Positions 28,355-38,220 of a stretch of 64,000 nucleotides of DNA are shown piece after piece. The DNA comes from Polyangiaceae bacterium (GTDB lineage: Bacteria > Myxococcota_A > Polyangia > Polyangiales > Polyangiaceae): NCBI GenBank assembly GCA_965222375.1, contig CBDCTZ010000013.1, forward strand, positions 608,001-672,000, read 5' to 3'. Position 1 is the stretch's first letter. Every line of letters begins with the position of its first letter. The position numbers were made by a program, and so were the translations under genes. The notes below the pieces were generated by a model. That model did no database searches and was not told the DNA's origin. It worked only from the letters and a program-made list of their open reading frames with translations.

Positions 28355-29998
28355 ATGACCCTGACATCTCTCCGAGCTCCAAAGAACGTGCGCGTCGCCC
28401 GCCTGAGTGAGTTGAAGGACCGCACGCCTGCTTACGCCCTCGTCGCTGGGGTGGACTTGGTTGTGGTGCGGCACGACAGTGAAGTGTCCGTCCTGTATGG
28501 CCGCTGCCTACACCGCGGCGCGTTGCTTTCCGATGGCCACGTGGAAGGCAACAACTTGATCTGCGGCGTCCACTTCTGGGATTACCGCTTGGATACCGGA
28601 GTCAGCGAATACAACAACGCCGAAGCACTGCATCGGTTCAACGCCAACGTCGATCCGAAAACCGACGCGGTATACGTGGACGAATCGGAGGTAGCCGCTT
28701 GGGCCTTGGCCCACCCTCAGCCCTACCGCCGCGACGACTACCAAGGCCTGTACGCCGACGTGCACGGCACGCCGGAAGAGCCGCACGTTGGGCACATCCG
28801 ATCCCTGGCACGCGACGGCCTGAAGAAGCTTGGGCACCACGGACCCATGTCCGCCATGGGCGTCGCCCGCCAATTGCTACCGAGTTGGGACGACATCCAG
28901 ATCTTGACGGCGCAGCTCGCCACCAAGCCGCTGCTGGACGATGCCGCGGTGGGCACCGACGTGGTGATTGGGCCCCGCGCCAAAAAGCCCCTCTCGTTGA
29001 CGATTCCCATATTCGTCAGTGACATGAGTTTCGGCGCCCTGAGCGAGGAAGCAAAGCTAGCCCTATCCAAAGGCGCAGAAGCGGCGGGCACCGGGATCTG
29101 CTCGGGAGAGGGCGGCATGTTGCCGGAAGAACAGGCCGAGAACGGCCGCTACTTCTACGAGCTCGCCTCCGCGCGCTTCGGCTACAGCTTGGACAAGGTC
29201 AAATTGTGCCAGGCCTTTCACTTCAAAGCAGGGCAAGGTGCCAAGACCGGCACGGGAGGCCATCTGCCCGGAGACAAGGTTCAGGGCAAGATCGCAGAGG
29301 TACGCGGGCTATCGCCGGGCAGTCCCGCGATCAGTCCAGCAACCTTCCCGGATCTGTCGAGCCCGGAGGACTTCGCCAAGGTCGCCTCGGAGGTGCGTGA
29401 GGCGACGGGCGGGATCCCCATCGGGTTCAAGCTGTCGGCTCAACACATCGAAGCCGACATCGACTTCGCCCTGGCTGCAGGCGCGGACTACATCATCTTG
29501 GATGGACGCGGCGGAGGCACCGGCGCGGCGCCGGTGATCTTCAAAGCCAACATCAGCGTCCCCACCATGGCGGCCATTGTTCGCGCGCGCCAGCACCTGG
29601 ACAAGACGGGAGACACCGACGTCACCCTCGTCGCCACCGGCGGCTTGCGCACCGAGAGCGACTTTGTCAAAGCCCTCGCCTTGGGTGCGGACGCAGTCGC
29701 CGTGTCGAACTCCGCACTGCAGGCCATCGGCTGCCTCGGCATGCGCGCGTGCCACACGAACAACTGCCCCGTCGGGATCGCTACCCAGAAAGAGCATCTG
29801 CGCAAGCGCCTGATCATCGAGCGCTCCGCGGAGCGCTTGCACAATTGGTTTTCAGCCAGCGTAGAGCTGATGCAGGTGCTGGCGCGGGCCTGCGGACACA
29901 ACCACCTGAACCTGTTCGCGAAAAGCGACCTCACGACCTGGAAGCGAGAGATCGCGGACTTGACGGGGGTTCAACACGCGGGCCAGATGCGCTCATGA
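28355..29998 (+). CDS. Rieske domain fused to an FMN-binding glutamate synthase-like domain
   Basis: Rieske CLHRG...CGVH; GltS-like MSFGALS, SGEGG, GQGAKTGTGGHL, DGRGGGTGA; 3Fe-4S motif CLGMRACHTNNCPVG. Confidence 0.9.
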   Translation: MTLTSLRAPKNVRVARLSELKDRTPAYALVAGVDLVVVRHDSEVSVLYGRCLHRGALLSDGHVEGNNLICGVHFWDYRLDTGVSEYNNAEALHRFNANVDPKTDAVYVDESEVAAWALAHPQPYRRDDYQGLYADVHGTPEEPHVGHIRSLARDGLKKLGHHGPMSAMGVARQLLPSWDDIQILTAQLATKPLLDDAAVGTDVVIGPRAKKPLSLTIPIFVSDMSFGALSEEAKLALSKGAEAAGTGICSGEGGMLPEEQAENGRYFYELASARFGYSLDKVKLCQAFHFKAGQGAKTGTGGHLPGDKVQGKIAEVRGLSPGSPAISPATFPDLSSPEDFAKVASEVREATGGIPIGFKLSAQHIEADIDFALAAGADYIILDGRGGGTGAAPVIFKANISVPTMAAIVRARQHLDKTGDTDVTLVATGGLRTESDFVKALALGADAVAVSNSALQAIGCLGMRACHTNNCPVGIATQKEHLRKRLIIERSAERLHNWFSASVELMQVLARACGHNHLNLFAKSDLTTWKREIADLTGVQHAGQMRS

Positions 29999-30858
29999 GC
30001 GATCATGACTGGCACGCCCTCGGTGCTGTTGTCAGCCGGCAGCTGAGCCCCGCGCGGCTCGAGTTGCATTGGGCGGCGCAAGTCGTCGCCGCCGCTGCAG
30101 AGAGGCTCGCGGACAAACGCCCGGACGACAGCCACACCAGCCTGAGTTGGCAGCCCGAGCGGGAGTCGCTTGTGAGCGAGGATCTGAACGGGCGTCGACT
30201 GGGCTTGCGGCTGCGGGATGCGACCTTGCAGGTGGTATCCGAAGACATCTTCGTTGAATCTGAATTCGCATTGCCCGGCCGCACTCTGGACGAAGCCATG
30301 GTGTGGGCGCGCTCCTCCCTTGGAGTTTCCGAGCCGCTGACGCGCCTTGGCTACGAAATGCCCGAGCACGCTTTGGCCAGCGGCGAGCACTTCTCGCTGG
30401 GCCTCGATGCGCCGTCCACGGAGCTGGCGCTCTGGTACGACAACGCCTACGCGGCACTGACTGCTGTAGCGGCCCGGGAACCCGAAGCCTCCAGCGTCCG
30501 CTGCTGGCCTCATCATTTCGACATTGCGACGCTCTTGGTGTTGGAAAAACACGACGACCCGGAAAAGACGACGCTGCGGAATCCCCGACGGGGGATGAAG
30601 AGTATTGGAGTCGGTATGACCCCGGGGGACGGCAGCTACGCCGAGCCGTATTTCTACGTCACGCCCTGGCCGTACCCGAAAGACGTGGCAGCCTTGCCCG
30701 AGCTCCCCGCCTCGGGGATCTGGCATACAGATGGCTGGGTCGGCGCCATTTTGACGGGAACCGCACTCACGGCAGTTCGCGACGCGGGCGCTCAGGAGCA
30801 GCGCGTCAATGAGTTCTTGCGACAGGCCACGCAAGCCTGCCGCAACCTGCTTTCCTGA
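29995..30858 (+). CDS. Conserved hypothetical protein
   Basis: ATGA overlap with the upstream gene. Conserved-looking motifs DDSH, WPHHFD and PGDGSYAEPYFYVTPWP. Confidence 0.75.
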   Translation: MSDHDWHALGAVVSRQLSPARLELHWAAQVVAAAAERLADKRPDDSHTSLSWQPERESLVSEDLNGRRLGLRLRDATLQVVSEDIFVESEFALPGRTLDEAMVWARSSLGVSEPLTRLGYEMPEHALASGEHFSLGLDAPSTELALWYDNAYAALTAVAAREPEASSVRCWPHHFDIATLLVLEKHDDPEKTTLRNPRRGMKSIGVGMTPGDGSYAEPYFYVTPWPYPKDVAALPELPASGIWHTDGWVGAILTGTALTAVRDAGAQEQRVNEFLRQATQACRNLLS

Positions 30859-30911
30859 GCCGCCCTCAGCTTGAGCGGGACATTTTCCGGAGTTTGTGGC
30901 TAGATCGTCGG

Positions 30912-31316
30912 ATGCGGGGTCTAACACTACTATCAGCTGGTTTGGTATTGGCGGCGCTGCTTGCCTGTAAGAGCAAGACGGGCGGCACCATCACGGTCGA
31001 CGGGGCGGCCTTCGAGATCGAAAACTGCCGCTCTGGCGAGGCCAATGTACCGAGCTTCGACGGCGTGGATTTCCTCGATCCCTCCGGGCGGCGCGTGCGC
31101 TTCTTCCTCAAAGATACGGGCGAGCTTCGTACCTTCGTTTTCCCGCCAGGTGCGAAGAAGGGCACCTTCGTTGGGGAAAACTGCGGCACCGTCAACGTGA
31201 CACGCAAGAACAGCCGCGTGAACAACGTGCAAAACATCAAGGGCACGGTCAGCGCGAATTGCACGGGCGGTGGCCACACCGTCGTTGCCAGCGTGAACTT
31301 CGACAACTGCCACTGA
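30912..31316 (+). CDS. Small beta-rich lipoprotein
   Basis: Lipobox LLAC, four further Cys; ends 1 bp before the next gene. Confidence 0.75.
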   Translation: MRGLTLLSAGLVLAALLACKSKTGGTITVDGAAFEIENCRSGEANVPSFDGVDFLDPSGRRVRFFLKDTGELRTFVFPPGAKKGTFVGENCGTVNVTRKNSRVNNVQNIKGTVSANCTGGGHTVVASVNFDNCH

Positions 31317-31317
31317 G

Positions 31318-32703
31318 ATGCGGCGCGCACTCCTCGTCGCGCTGCTGGGGCTCGGCGGGCCTTGGGCGTGCTCCAGCTCAGAGGATGGCGGCGCCAGCGC
31401 GAACGACGCGGGAACAGTCGACGCCGCGGGTGATGCTAGCCTTGGCGACGGCGCCGGAGGCTCAGCAGGTACAGGTGGCGGTGGGGGCGCGGCCGGGGAT
31501 AGCGGAGCGCCCAAGGTGCTACTGCCGCGCACTTCCATCCAGGCTGACGAAGTGGCCGTGTTGGTCAATACCAGCGACCCCCAATCCGTCGCCGTGGCCG
31601 ACGAATACGTCAAACTGCGCGGCATCCCCAGCGGCAACGTGATCCAGCTCAGTTTCACGTCCGCTGCGACCATGAGCGAAGCCGTATTTTCGCCTCTCAA
31701 GACCCAAGTGGACGCGGCGGTCTCGGCCGACATTCAAGCATTCGCGATCACGTGGACCCAACCCTATCGGGTGGATTGCATGAGCGTTACCAGCGCCTTC
31801 GCACTGGGGTTCGACAAGAAGTACTGCAACCAGACCACAGGGGCCTGCGGCAACACGAGCCCGGTCGCGACCTACAATTCGCCTTCCGTCGCGCCCTTCA
31901 CGGACCATGGCATCCGCCCCGCGATGATGATCGCAGGCTCGTCCGCGACGGAAGCCAAGAAGCTGATCGCGCGGGGCGTTGCCGCGGACGACACTTTCCC
32001 ACCGGGCAACGGCTACCTGGTGCGCACCACGGACAAGGCCCGGAGCGTGCGCTGGCCAACCTTCGCCCCGACCGTTTCCGCCTGGGACCACCCCGGCGGC
32101 ATCAAGCTGACTTCTGTGGATAACTCCGATGGCAGCGGCAAGAACTACGTCGAAAACGTGACGGACGTCTTGTTCTACTTCACGGGGCTCGCCAACGTGC
32201 CGGCCATCGACACGCTGACCTATCGACCCGGAGCCATCGCAGACCACCTGACCTCCTTCGGGGGCCGCGTGCCCACCAGCAGCCAGATGAGCGTGGTCGA
32301 GTGGTTGGAGGCTGGCGCCACGGGCAGCTACGGCACGGTGGTGGAGCCCTGCAACATTCTGGGCAAGTTTCCCAACATACAGTTGCTGCTGCCGAACTAC
32401 TTCCGCGGGCAGACCCTGATTGATGCCTACTGGAAGAGCGTGCAACGCCCAGGCGAAGGCCTGTTCGTCGGCGAGCCTTTGGCGCGGCCTTGGGGCGCCA
32501 CGGACGTCAGCTTCAGCGCAGGCAACTTGGAGATACGAACCACCTGGCTGGAGCCGGGCAAGACCTATGCGATCGAATCCGCTCCGAGCGAGAGCGGCCC
32601 CTTCACGGCAGTGCAGAGCACCATTCAAATCGCGAACTACGAGCGCACGACCCTCACGGTGCCCAATGCGTTGGCGCCCGTGTACCGCTTGGTTCAGCAA
32701 TAG
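31318..32703 (+). CDS. TIGR03790-family-like lipoprotein
   Basis: VAVLVNTSDPQSVAVADEYVKLRGIP, YFTG, PGAIADHLTSFGG, AGATGSYGTVVEPCN, GLFVGEPLARPW. Gly tether after the lipobox. Confidence 0.8.
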   Translation: MRRALLVALLGLGGPWACSSSEDGGASANDAGTVDAAGDASLGDGAGGSAGTGGGGGAAGDSGAPKVLLPRTSIQADEVAVLVNTSDPQSVAVADEYVKLRGIPSGNVIQLSFTSAATMSEAVFSPLKTQVDAAVSADIQAFAITWTQPYRVDCMSVTSAFALGFDKKYCNQTTGACGNTSPVATYNSPSVAPFTDHGIRPAMMIAGSSATEAKKLIARGVAADDTFPPGNGYLVRTTDKARSVRWPTFAPTVSAWDHPGGIKLTSVDNSDGSGKNYVENVTDVLFYFTGLANVPAIDTLTYRPGAIADHLTSFGGRVPTSSQMSVVEWLEAGATGSYGTVVEPCNILGKFPNIQLLLPNYFRGQTLIDAYWKSVQRPGEGLFVGEPLARPWGATDVSFSAGNLEIRTTWLEPGKTYAIESAPSESGPFTAVQSTIQIANYERTTLTVPNALAPVYRLVQQ

Positions 32704-32710
32704 CAGGTAG

Positions 32711-32753
32711 GAAAAATCCCCAGGTCCGCGCTGTGGGCAACACGAACCTGGGG
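32711..32753 (-). terminator. Intrinsic terminator of the TonB/TBDR/lipoprotein operon
   Basis: Minus strand reads CCCCAGGTTCGTG-loop-CGCGGACCTGGGG followed by ATTTTTC, between convergent genes. Confidence 0.65.
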
Positions 32754-32791
32754 TGCTCGGTTTGGTTGAGGTCTGACGAAAGGAAGTCTTG

Positions 32792-34219
32792 TCAGTTCTT
32801 GGCCCAGTCGACCCAGAGGCCGCTCATCCAATTGTCGGAGCCGTCCTTGAAGGCGCCGATGTAGGTCGCGGAAGCGTCCAAGCCACCGCCGGGCGTGCCG
32901 CCAGCGATCATGGCAGACGGCTGGGGAGCAGGGGTTGCCGCGCCGCAGTCGCCAATGGCCGGATCTGTCTCCGAGTTCATGCGCGACGCATCCTTGATCC
33001 AGGCATTCTCGTCGAAACCGTTGTCGTTGTCGGTTTCACCGGGGTCCGAGATGTTGTGGGCGAAGTTGCCAAAGAACACCGAGTGGGTGATGTCGGTCTT
33101 CGGTGCCGCGACGGTGCCAAAGTCGTCGCGCGCGTCGATGCCGATGTCGAACTTGGTGATGATCATGTTCATGTAGTTGCCCTCGAGGTTCTCTCGAAGC
33201 ACGCCACCGAAGGCCACATCGGTTCCTGCAGCACCGGTGCCGCAGAGGGTCACGTTCGACACGTTGGGCGTCGACGCGGGCGACCCGCCACCCTTGTCGC
33301 TGTCGCACTCGAAGCCGTTCGGGTTCGATGAAAGTGGGGTCACCTGACGGCCGAACAGGAACTGCAGGTTGCCGACATAACCCTGATCCATGTCAAACAT
33401 GTCGTCGCCGGCATTGTTGCAGATCAGCCATTTGCCGTTGGCGCCGCCGCCGAACCACTCGAAGCAGTCATCCAGGGTGTTGCTGACCAAGATGTTTTCC
33501 ACCACGGTCTTGCTGCCAACGCTGCCGAGGGTCAGGCCGTTGATCTCGTTGTCCGCGGACAGCTCGAAACCCGAATACTCGATGCGCATGAAGCGCATGA
33601 CACCGCTATCGTCGTCGGCAACGGAGCCGCCGTACTGGTTTTCCGGGGCGTCCGCGAGGCCTTCGATGGTGACGTTCTCGCCCTTGAAGTTCGGAGCCTT
33701 GCCCAGGACGATGATGCCGCCCCAGTCGCCGGGGCTACGGCTGCCGGCAGGCAGCGCGCTGGTGAACAGAATCGGCTCGTTCGCCTTGCCATCCGCCATG
33801 ATCTTGCCTCCCCGAGACACGACCAGCGTGCCCAGGGGCGTCTTCTTGCCCTCGATTCGAGTGCAGGGCTCGATGGTCAGCGTGGCGCCGCTTTCGACGT
33901 AGGTGGTGTCTTCCAACGTCCAAACCTTGTCCTTGGTCAAGGTCGTGTCCGCCGAGATCTTGTTCGGGATTTTCTCTTTGGGTAGCCCGGTGCCGGAGAG
34001 ATCGCAGCTTGGTGCGCCACCGACACCACCACTGCCCGCGCCACCGCCGGTTCCGCCACCGCTGCCGCCAGAACCTGCTGTGCCGCCGCCGCTGCCAGCG
34101 GTGCCACCTGTCCCGCCTGTGCTGCCGCCGGGCTTGTCATCATCGTCGCTGCCGCAGGCGATGGCCAGGGGCAGAGCGCAGAGCAAAGAGACCAGGGAAA
34201 GGGTTGTTGAGCGTTTCAT
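32792..34219 (-). CDS. TBDR-associated surface lipoprotein, probable right-handed beta-helix
   Basis: GAGG RBS, lipobox AIAC, Gly tether, GATLTIEP, GDWGGIIVLGKAP, DDSGVMRFMRIEYSG, NEINGLTLGSVG, DDCFEWFGG, DDMFDMDQGY. Confidence 0.85.
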   Translation of the reverse strand: MKRSTTLSLVSLLCALPLAIACGSDDDDKPGGSTGGTGGTAGSGGGTAGSGGSGGGTGGGAGSGGVGGAPSCDLSGTGLPKEKIPNKISADTTLTKDKVWTLEDTTYVESGATLTIEPCTRIEGKKTPLGTLVVSRGGKIMADGKANEPILFTSALPAGSRSPGDWGGIIVLGKAPNFKGENVTIEGLADAPENQYGGSVADDDSGVMRFMRIEYSGFELSADNEINGLTLGSVGSKTVVENILVSNTLDDCFEWFGGGANGKWLICNNAGDDMFDMDQGYVGNLQFLFGRQVTPLSSNPNGFECDSDKGGGSPASTPNVSNVTLCGTGAAGTDVAFGGVLRENLEGNYMNMIITKFDIGIDARDDFGTVAAPKTDITHSVFFGNFAHNISDPGETDNDNGFDENAWIKDASRMNSETDPAIGDCGAATPAPQPSAMIAGGTPGGGLDASATYIGAFKDGSDNWMSGLWVDWAKN

Positions 34220-34298
34220 CAAAGTACCTCTTGTTGTTTCGCCGGTTGGCGTTTTGGGGCGTCGCCCTTGAAGTCGCGGCAGAGCATGCGCGCCGTTC

Positions 34299-34336
34299 GT
34301 GACTCCTGAGTTGGCACAACGTGACAGTTTCGAAAC
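34299..34336 (-). promoter_or_regulatory. Pho-box-like repeats upstream of the lipoprotein gene
   Basis: Minus-strand GTTTC (34336-34332), GTCAC (34325-34321) and GTCAC (34303-34299), offset by 11 and 22 bp. Confidence 0.5.
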
Positions 34337-34364
34337 TCGGTCCGGCCGCGGGAACTCCCACGTC

Positions 34365-37241
34365 TCAGTGCTTGTAGGAGGCGCCGACCGAAAAACCTCG
34401 GCCACTGCGATAGCTGCGTGTCACGCGTTCGTCACGTTTGTCCGGGCCGATGGTAACGATGCGCTCCGGATCGATCAGATTGGTCGCGGAGGCCTTGACT
34501 TTGAAGTGCTCACCAAGGCCTTTGGCCAACACGAGGTCCAGGGAGTGCCGCGGGTGTTCGTAGGCATCGTCGAGCCCATCCGAGCCCACCTCGACGATGC
34601 GTTTGCCCCGAATGTTGTACAGCAGGCGCGTGTTCAGCTTGAGCGCTTCGTTCTCGTAGTCCAGCGCGAGGTTCAGCACATAAGGCGCCTGGTTCACCAT
34701 CGAGCGCGAGGTGTTGGTCAGGAAGGTTCCGTCGGTTTGCTCAACCTCGATGCGCGAGCGCGCGAAAGTCACATTGGCAACCGCACTGAAGTCCTTGATC
34801 GCCTTCGTGACGTAGCCCAGCCCGACCCGGGACTCGAGTTCGACACCGATCAGGTTCGCGGCGTCAGCGTTCTGGAAGGTCACCAAGCCGCCGTCGCCCG
34901 ACGGCGTCACAACCGGCTCGATGGGATCGCTAAAACGCTTGAAAAACACGCTAAAAGCCAGGACCTCACTGAGCTTCGGAAAGTACTCGAAGCGCATGTC
35001 CGCATTGATGATCCGCGTGAGCTCCAAGTCCGGATTGCCCGACGTCAGGCGACCCCCGAAGAAATCGCTGTAGGCAAAGGGCGCCAGCTCACGGAGCTGT
35101 GGCCGAGCGAGAGTTCGCGTGACGGACAGTCGCAGCTTGCTTTTTTTCGTCACGTCGAAGGCCAGCGCGGCGGCAGGCAACACATCCGTGCTCGTGAGAT
35201 CAGCGCCCTCCACATTCGCCCCCGTATCGAACTGGTCGAAGGGGTCGATCTTCTGACTGGTCACCTCGAGGCGCTGGCCGAGCACGAGCCGCAGATCCCG
35301 GGTGACTCGCGTGTCCGCCATTAGATAAACCGCGAACACGTCTAGATCGGCGGTGTAGGCGTCCTCGGGGCGCGTATTTTCCTGTAGTCGCAGGACCTTA
35401 CCGATGTTCTCGGGGACGAACAGCGAGTCCGGGCATGTCTCGTCGTAGGTGGTGCCCGGACAGGTGAACGCATCGGGCGGCGAGCCAGGAATGCGCCGAA
35501 AGGAGAAGCGCCGTGCGTTGAACTCACGGTCCTTGATGCTCGCGAGCCCGCCGAGCTTGATTTTGGTTGCGTCCTCGCTGCGGTCGAGGGGCTGAGTCAA
35601 GTCCAACCCGGCGGCATAGGCCTTTTCACTCTGGCTGCTGAAGAAGTGGCGTCCGCTCTCGGAACCATCCACGTAGCTGAATACGCCTGACTGTGGGTTC
35701 TTCTGATACACGACGTCGCGGGTGTCGGGCTCGTCGCGCTGGGCAACCGAATACGACAAGTTCCAGTCCAAGGTGCCACGATTGTCTGGATCCAGGACGC
35801 TCTGCCCAGACAGCTGCAGCACGTTCAGAGCTCGACTCACGAACTTCAGCCGCGTGCTGTGGAGCGTTGCGTCGTTCCGACGCCAATAGCCGTCGAAGGT
35901 CTGGGTATCGATGTCCGCCAGCTGAGAGTGGAAGCCGAGAACCGATACGCGGTGGTGCTTGCCCAGTTCCAAGCTCACGCCACCCAGAGCACCCCAGCTG
36001 ACGTTTTCGGATCCGGTCTCGACGTCCAGGTCATTCAGAATGGCCACGCCCGAGGGCTCGGAGGGATCCGCCTCGAAGACGCGACGTTTCTCTTCTCGGA
36101 TCTTGAAGCCACGACGATAGTTGAGGCTGGCGATGTAGCCGATCTTGTTGTCCTTGGAGAGCTTGAAGCCATCGCCGACAACTACGCTGAGGCTGTGTGC
36201 TGGCAGAGTGAATCGCCGCACCCCGGACATGAAGGTGTTCATCTCTTGGCCCTGGGCCGTCAGCTCCGGGTCGAGCACGAAGTCTCCGTTCGGTTTTTCC
36301 ACTCCTTGGGCCAGCAGGTAGTCATCGGGCACGGTGTCCGGCAGCTCGCGAGTCCCGTCGTCCACGCCGAGGAAGTCGAGCTTGCCGCCGCGGTGCGCCA
36401 AGCGCTCCTTGAAGGTCGAGTTGGTGTTGACGCTCAGCGAGACGGACGCCGAAAGCGTCAGCTCATCGGGCACACGCCGAGTCTGCACCCGAACGGAGCC
36501 ACCCGCGAAGTCGCCGGGCATATCGGGCGTGAAGGTCTTGGCGATGGTGAGGCTTTCCAGGATCTGAGTTGGAAACAGGTCCAGGGGCACGGCGGCACGG
36601 TCCGGCTCCGGACTGGGCAGCGGAGCGCCATTCAACAGCGCGTTCGTGTAGCGCTCGCCAAGTCCGCGCACATAGACGAAGCGGCTGTCTTCGATAGTGG
36701 CCCCAACGACGCGCTTGGCGGCCTGGGCGGCGTCGCGATCCGGGGTCTTCGAAATCTCGGCCCGGCCCACCGAGTCCCCGACGACCGACGAGCGCTTCCG
36801 CTCGAGGGCCAACGCATCTACGCTCGAGGTATCAGGCGCCGCTTCGACCACGAAGTCCTCCAGGGAGGTGTCGTCGGAGTCGAGGGAAATGTCCACGCGG
36901 CGTTGAGTGCCCTGCCAAAGCACGATTCCCCGAGCCCGCATGGGAATGTAGCCCGGCGTCCAGAATCTGAGCGTGTACTTGCCGGGAGGCAGAGCCAGCT
37001 CGAAGCTACCGTCTTCCGCGGTCGTCGCGGAGTAGTTCGTGCCCACCACGTCAACGCGCACCCCCGAAAGCCCAGCTCCATTTAGCGTGTCCGTGACCTT
37101 GCCCTTGAGCTTCGCGGTCGCCGCCTCGGCGGGCGCCGACGAACCGCCTTCGGGCGGCGGCTCTGGGGGCTCTTGCGCAGAAGCGCTGGCAGTGCACAGC
37201 ACCACAGCTAGAGCGCTGCGGATGAAGACTTGGGTGGTCAT
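34365..37241 (-). CDS. TonB-dependent receptor with N-terminal carboxypeptidase-regulatory-like domain
   Basis: Signal peptide, LKGKVTD...DGSFELALPPGKYTL, plug motif VYVRGLGERY...LNGAPLPSPEPDR..VPLDLFP, GNPDL, barrel strands ending in FSVGASYKH. Confidence 0.93.
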   Translation of the reverse strand: MTTQVFIRSALAVVLCTASASAQEPPEPPPEGGSSAPAEAATAKLKGKVTDTLNGAGLSGVRVDVVGTNYSATTAEDGSFELALPPGKYTLRFWTPGYIPMRARGIVLWQGTQRRVDISLDSDDTSLEDFVVEAAPDTSSVDALALERKRSSVVGDSVGRAEISKTPDRDAAQAAKRVVGATIEDSRFVYVRGLGERYTNALLNGAPLPSPEPDRAAVPLDLFPTQILESLTIAKTFTPDMPGDFAGGSVRVQTRRVPDELTLSASVSLSVNTNSTFKERLAHRGGKLDFLGVDDGTRELPDTVPDDYLLAQGVEKPNGDFVLDPELTAQGQEMNTFMSGVRRFTLPAHSLSVVVGDGFKLSKDNKIGYIASLNYRRGFKIREEKRRVFEADPSEPSGVAILNDLDVETGSENVSWGALGGVSLELGKHHRVSVLGFHSQLADIDTQTFDGYWRRNDATLHSTRLKFVSRALNVLQLSGQSVLDPDNRGTLDWNLSYSVAQRDEPDTRDVVYQKNPQSGVFSYVDGSESGRHFFSSQSEKAYAAGLDLTQPLDRSEDATKIKLGGLASIKDREFNARRFSFRRIPGSPPDAFTCPGTTYDETCPDSLFVPENIGKVLRLQENTRPEDAYTADLDVFAVYLMADTRVTRDLRLVLGQRLEVTSQKIDPFDQFDTGANVEGADLTSTDVLPAAALAFDVTKKSKLRLSVTRTLARPQLRELAPFAYSDFFGGRLTSGNPDLELTRIINADMRFEYFPKLSEVLAFSVFFKRFSDPIEPVVTPSGDGGLVTFQNADAANLIGVELESRVGLGYVTKAIKDFSAVANVTFARSRIEVEQTDGTFLTNTSRSMVNQAPYVLNLALDYENEALKLNTRLLYNIRGKRIVEVGSDGLDDAYEHPRHSLDLVLAKGLGEHFKVKASATNLIDPERIVTIGPDKRDERVTRSYRSGRGFSVGASYKH

Positions 37242-37288
37242 CTCTCTCTCTCGCCTAGGTGGACGCGGCCGGAGAGTGCGGCCGCCGT

Positions 37289-37326
37289 GTGACGATTCGT
37301 ACGTCGGAATGTGACGATGTCGTGAA
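37289..37326 (-). promoter_or_regulatory. Pho-box-like repeats upstream of the TBDR gene
   Basis: Minus-strand TTCAC (37326-37322), GTCAC (37315-37311) and GTCAC (37293-37289), offset by 11 and 22 bp. Confidence 0.55.
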
Positions 37327-37337
37327 GGAACGCGTTG

Positions 37338-37781
37338 TCAGTTCGCGACCTTTTCGGTCAACATCGCGATGGCTCGGGCCCCGGAGGACTTGGCCAAGTC
37401 CATCACCTCGACGGCTTGGCCATAGGGGATGTTGTCGGCAGCGTCGAAGTAGATCACCGGGAGGGGCTGTGCTGCCAGCATGCGCGGTAACCGCTCCTTG
37501 AACTGCTCGCGCTTGAGCACGGCCTTGTTGACCCGAATCACGCCCTTGGAGTCGATGGTCATCACCAGCGGCGGCTCGTCCTTTTGATCGGGTTGCTCCA
37601 GCTTGTCCTTCTTCGTCTCTTTCTTCGGCAGATTGAGCCAGAAGCTCTTCTCCATCATGGGGACCATCACCATGAAGATGATCAGAACGACCAGCGCGAT
37701 GTCCACCAGCGGCGTCACGTTCATCACTGGCGTGGGGCGCGGTCGTTTGCCCCCGCCGCCGCCTCCTAGGTTCATGCCCAT
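37338..37781 (-). CDS. exbD: ExbD/TolR family protein
   Basis: MNVTPLVDIALVVLIIFMV and a C-terminal AD..PYG..VEVMD motif. Confidence 0.9.
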   Translation of the reverse strand: MGMNLGGGGGGKRPRPTPVMNVTPLVDIALVVLIIFMVMVPMMEKSFWLNLPKKETKKDKLEQPDQKDEPPLVMTIDSKGVIRVNKAVLKREQFKERLPRMLAAQPLPVIYFDAADNIPYGQAVEVMDLAKSSGARAIAMLTEKVAN

Positions 37782-37785
37782 GCGC

Positions 37786-38220
37786 TCACTCCTTCGGTTT
37801 CTTGTGGTTGACCTTGAGTGAAACGCCCTTGAAACCAGTGTCGGCCAGAAGGGCCAAGGTCGTACGCACGGTGGAGTACGGCACTCGAGTGTCCGTGGTC
37901 ATGAGCAGGTTGCGATTCGGGTCGTGGGCGTGGATCTTCTTGAGCCGGCGCTCCAGCTCGGCCGCATCCACTGTCACATCGTTCAGCGTCATCGTGAGGT
38001 CGGCGCGAATCACGAGCTTCAAAGGATTCATATCCTTCGGCTTCTTGTCGATCTTCATGACGTCCGGCAGCGTCAGCGTGTCGCCCTGGGCGATCGCCGG
38101 TGTCACCACCATGAAGATGATCAGAAGAACGAGGACGATGTCGACCAGAGGGGTGACATTGATGTCCGGCTCAGGCTGCTTGGCGGACAGCTTCTTCCGA
38201 GGCTTGCGATTCGCTGCCAT
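37786..38220 (-). CDS. exbD: ExbD/TolR family protein
   Basis: INVTPLVDIVLVLLIIFMVVTP; overlaps the exbB 3' end by 50 bp. Confidence 0.9.
   Translation of the reverse strand: MAANRKPRKKLSAKQPEPDINVTPLVDIVLVLLIIFMVVTPAIAQGDTLTLPDVMKIDKKPKDMNPLKLVIRADLTMTLNDVTVDAAELERRLKKIHAHDPNRNLLMTTDTRVPYSTVRTTLALLADTGFKGVSLKVNHKKPKE

Noticed and set aside
38171..38220. 50-bp exbB/exbD overlap as a frameshift or recoding site
   Set aside because: Both genes are full length with normal motifs, and overlaps of this size are ordinary.
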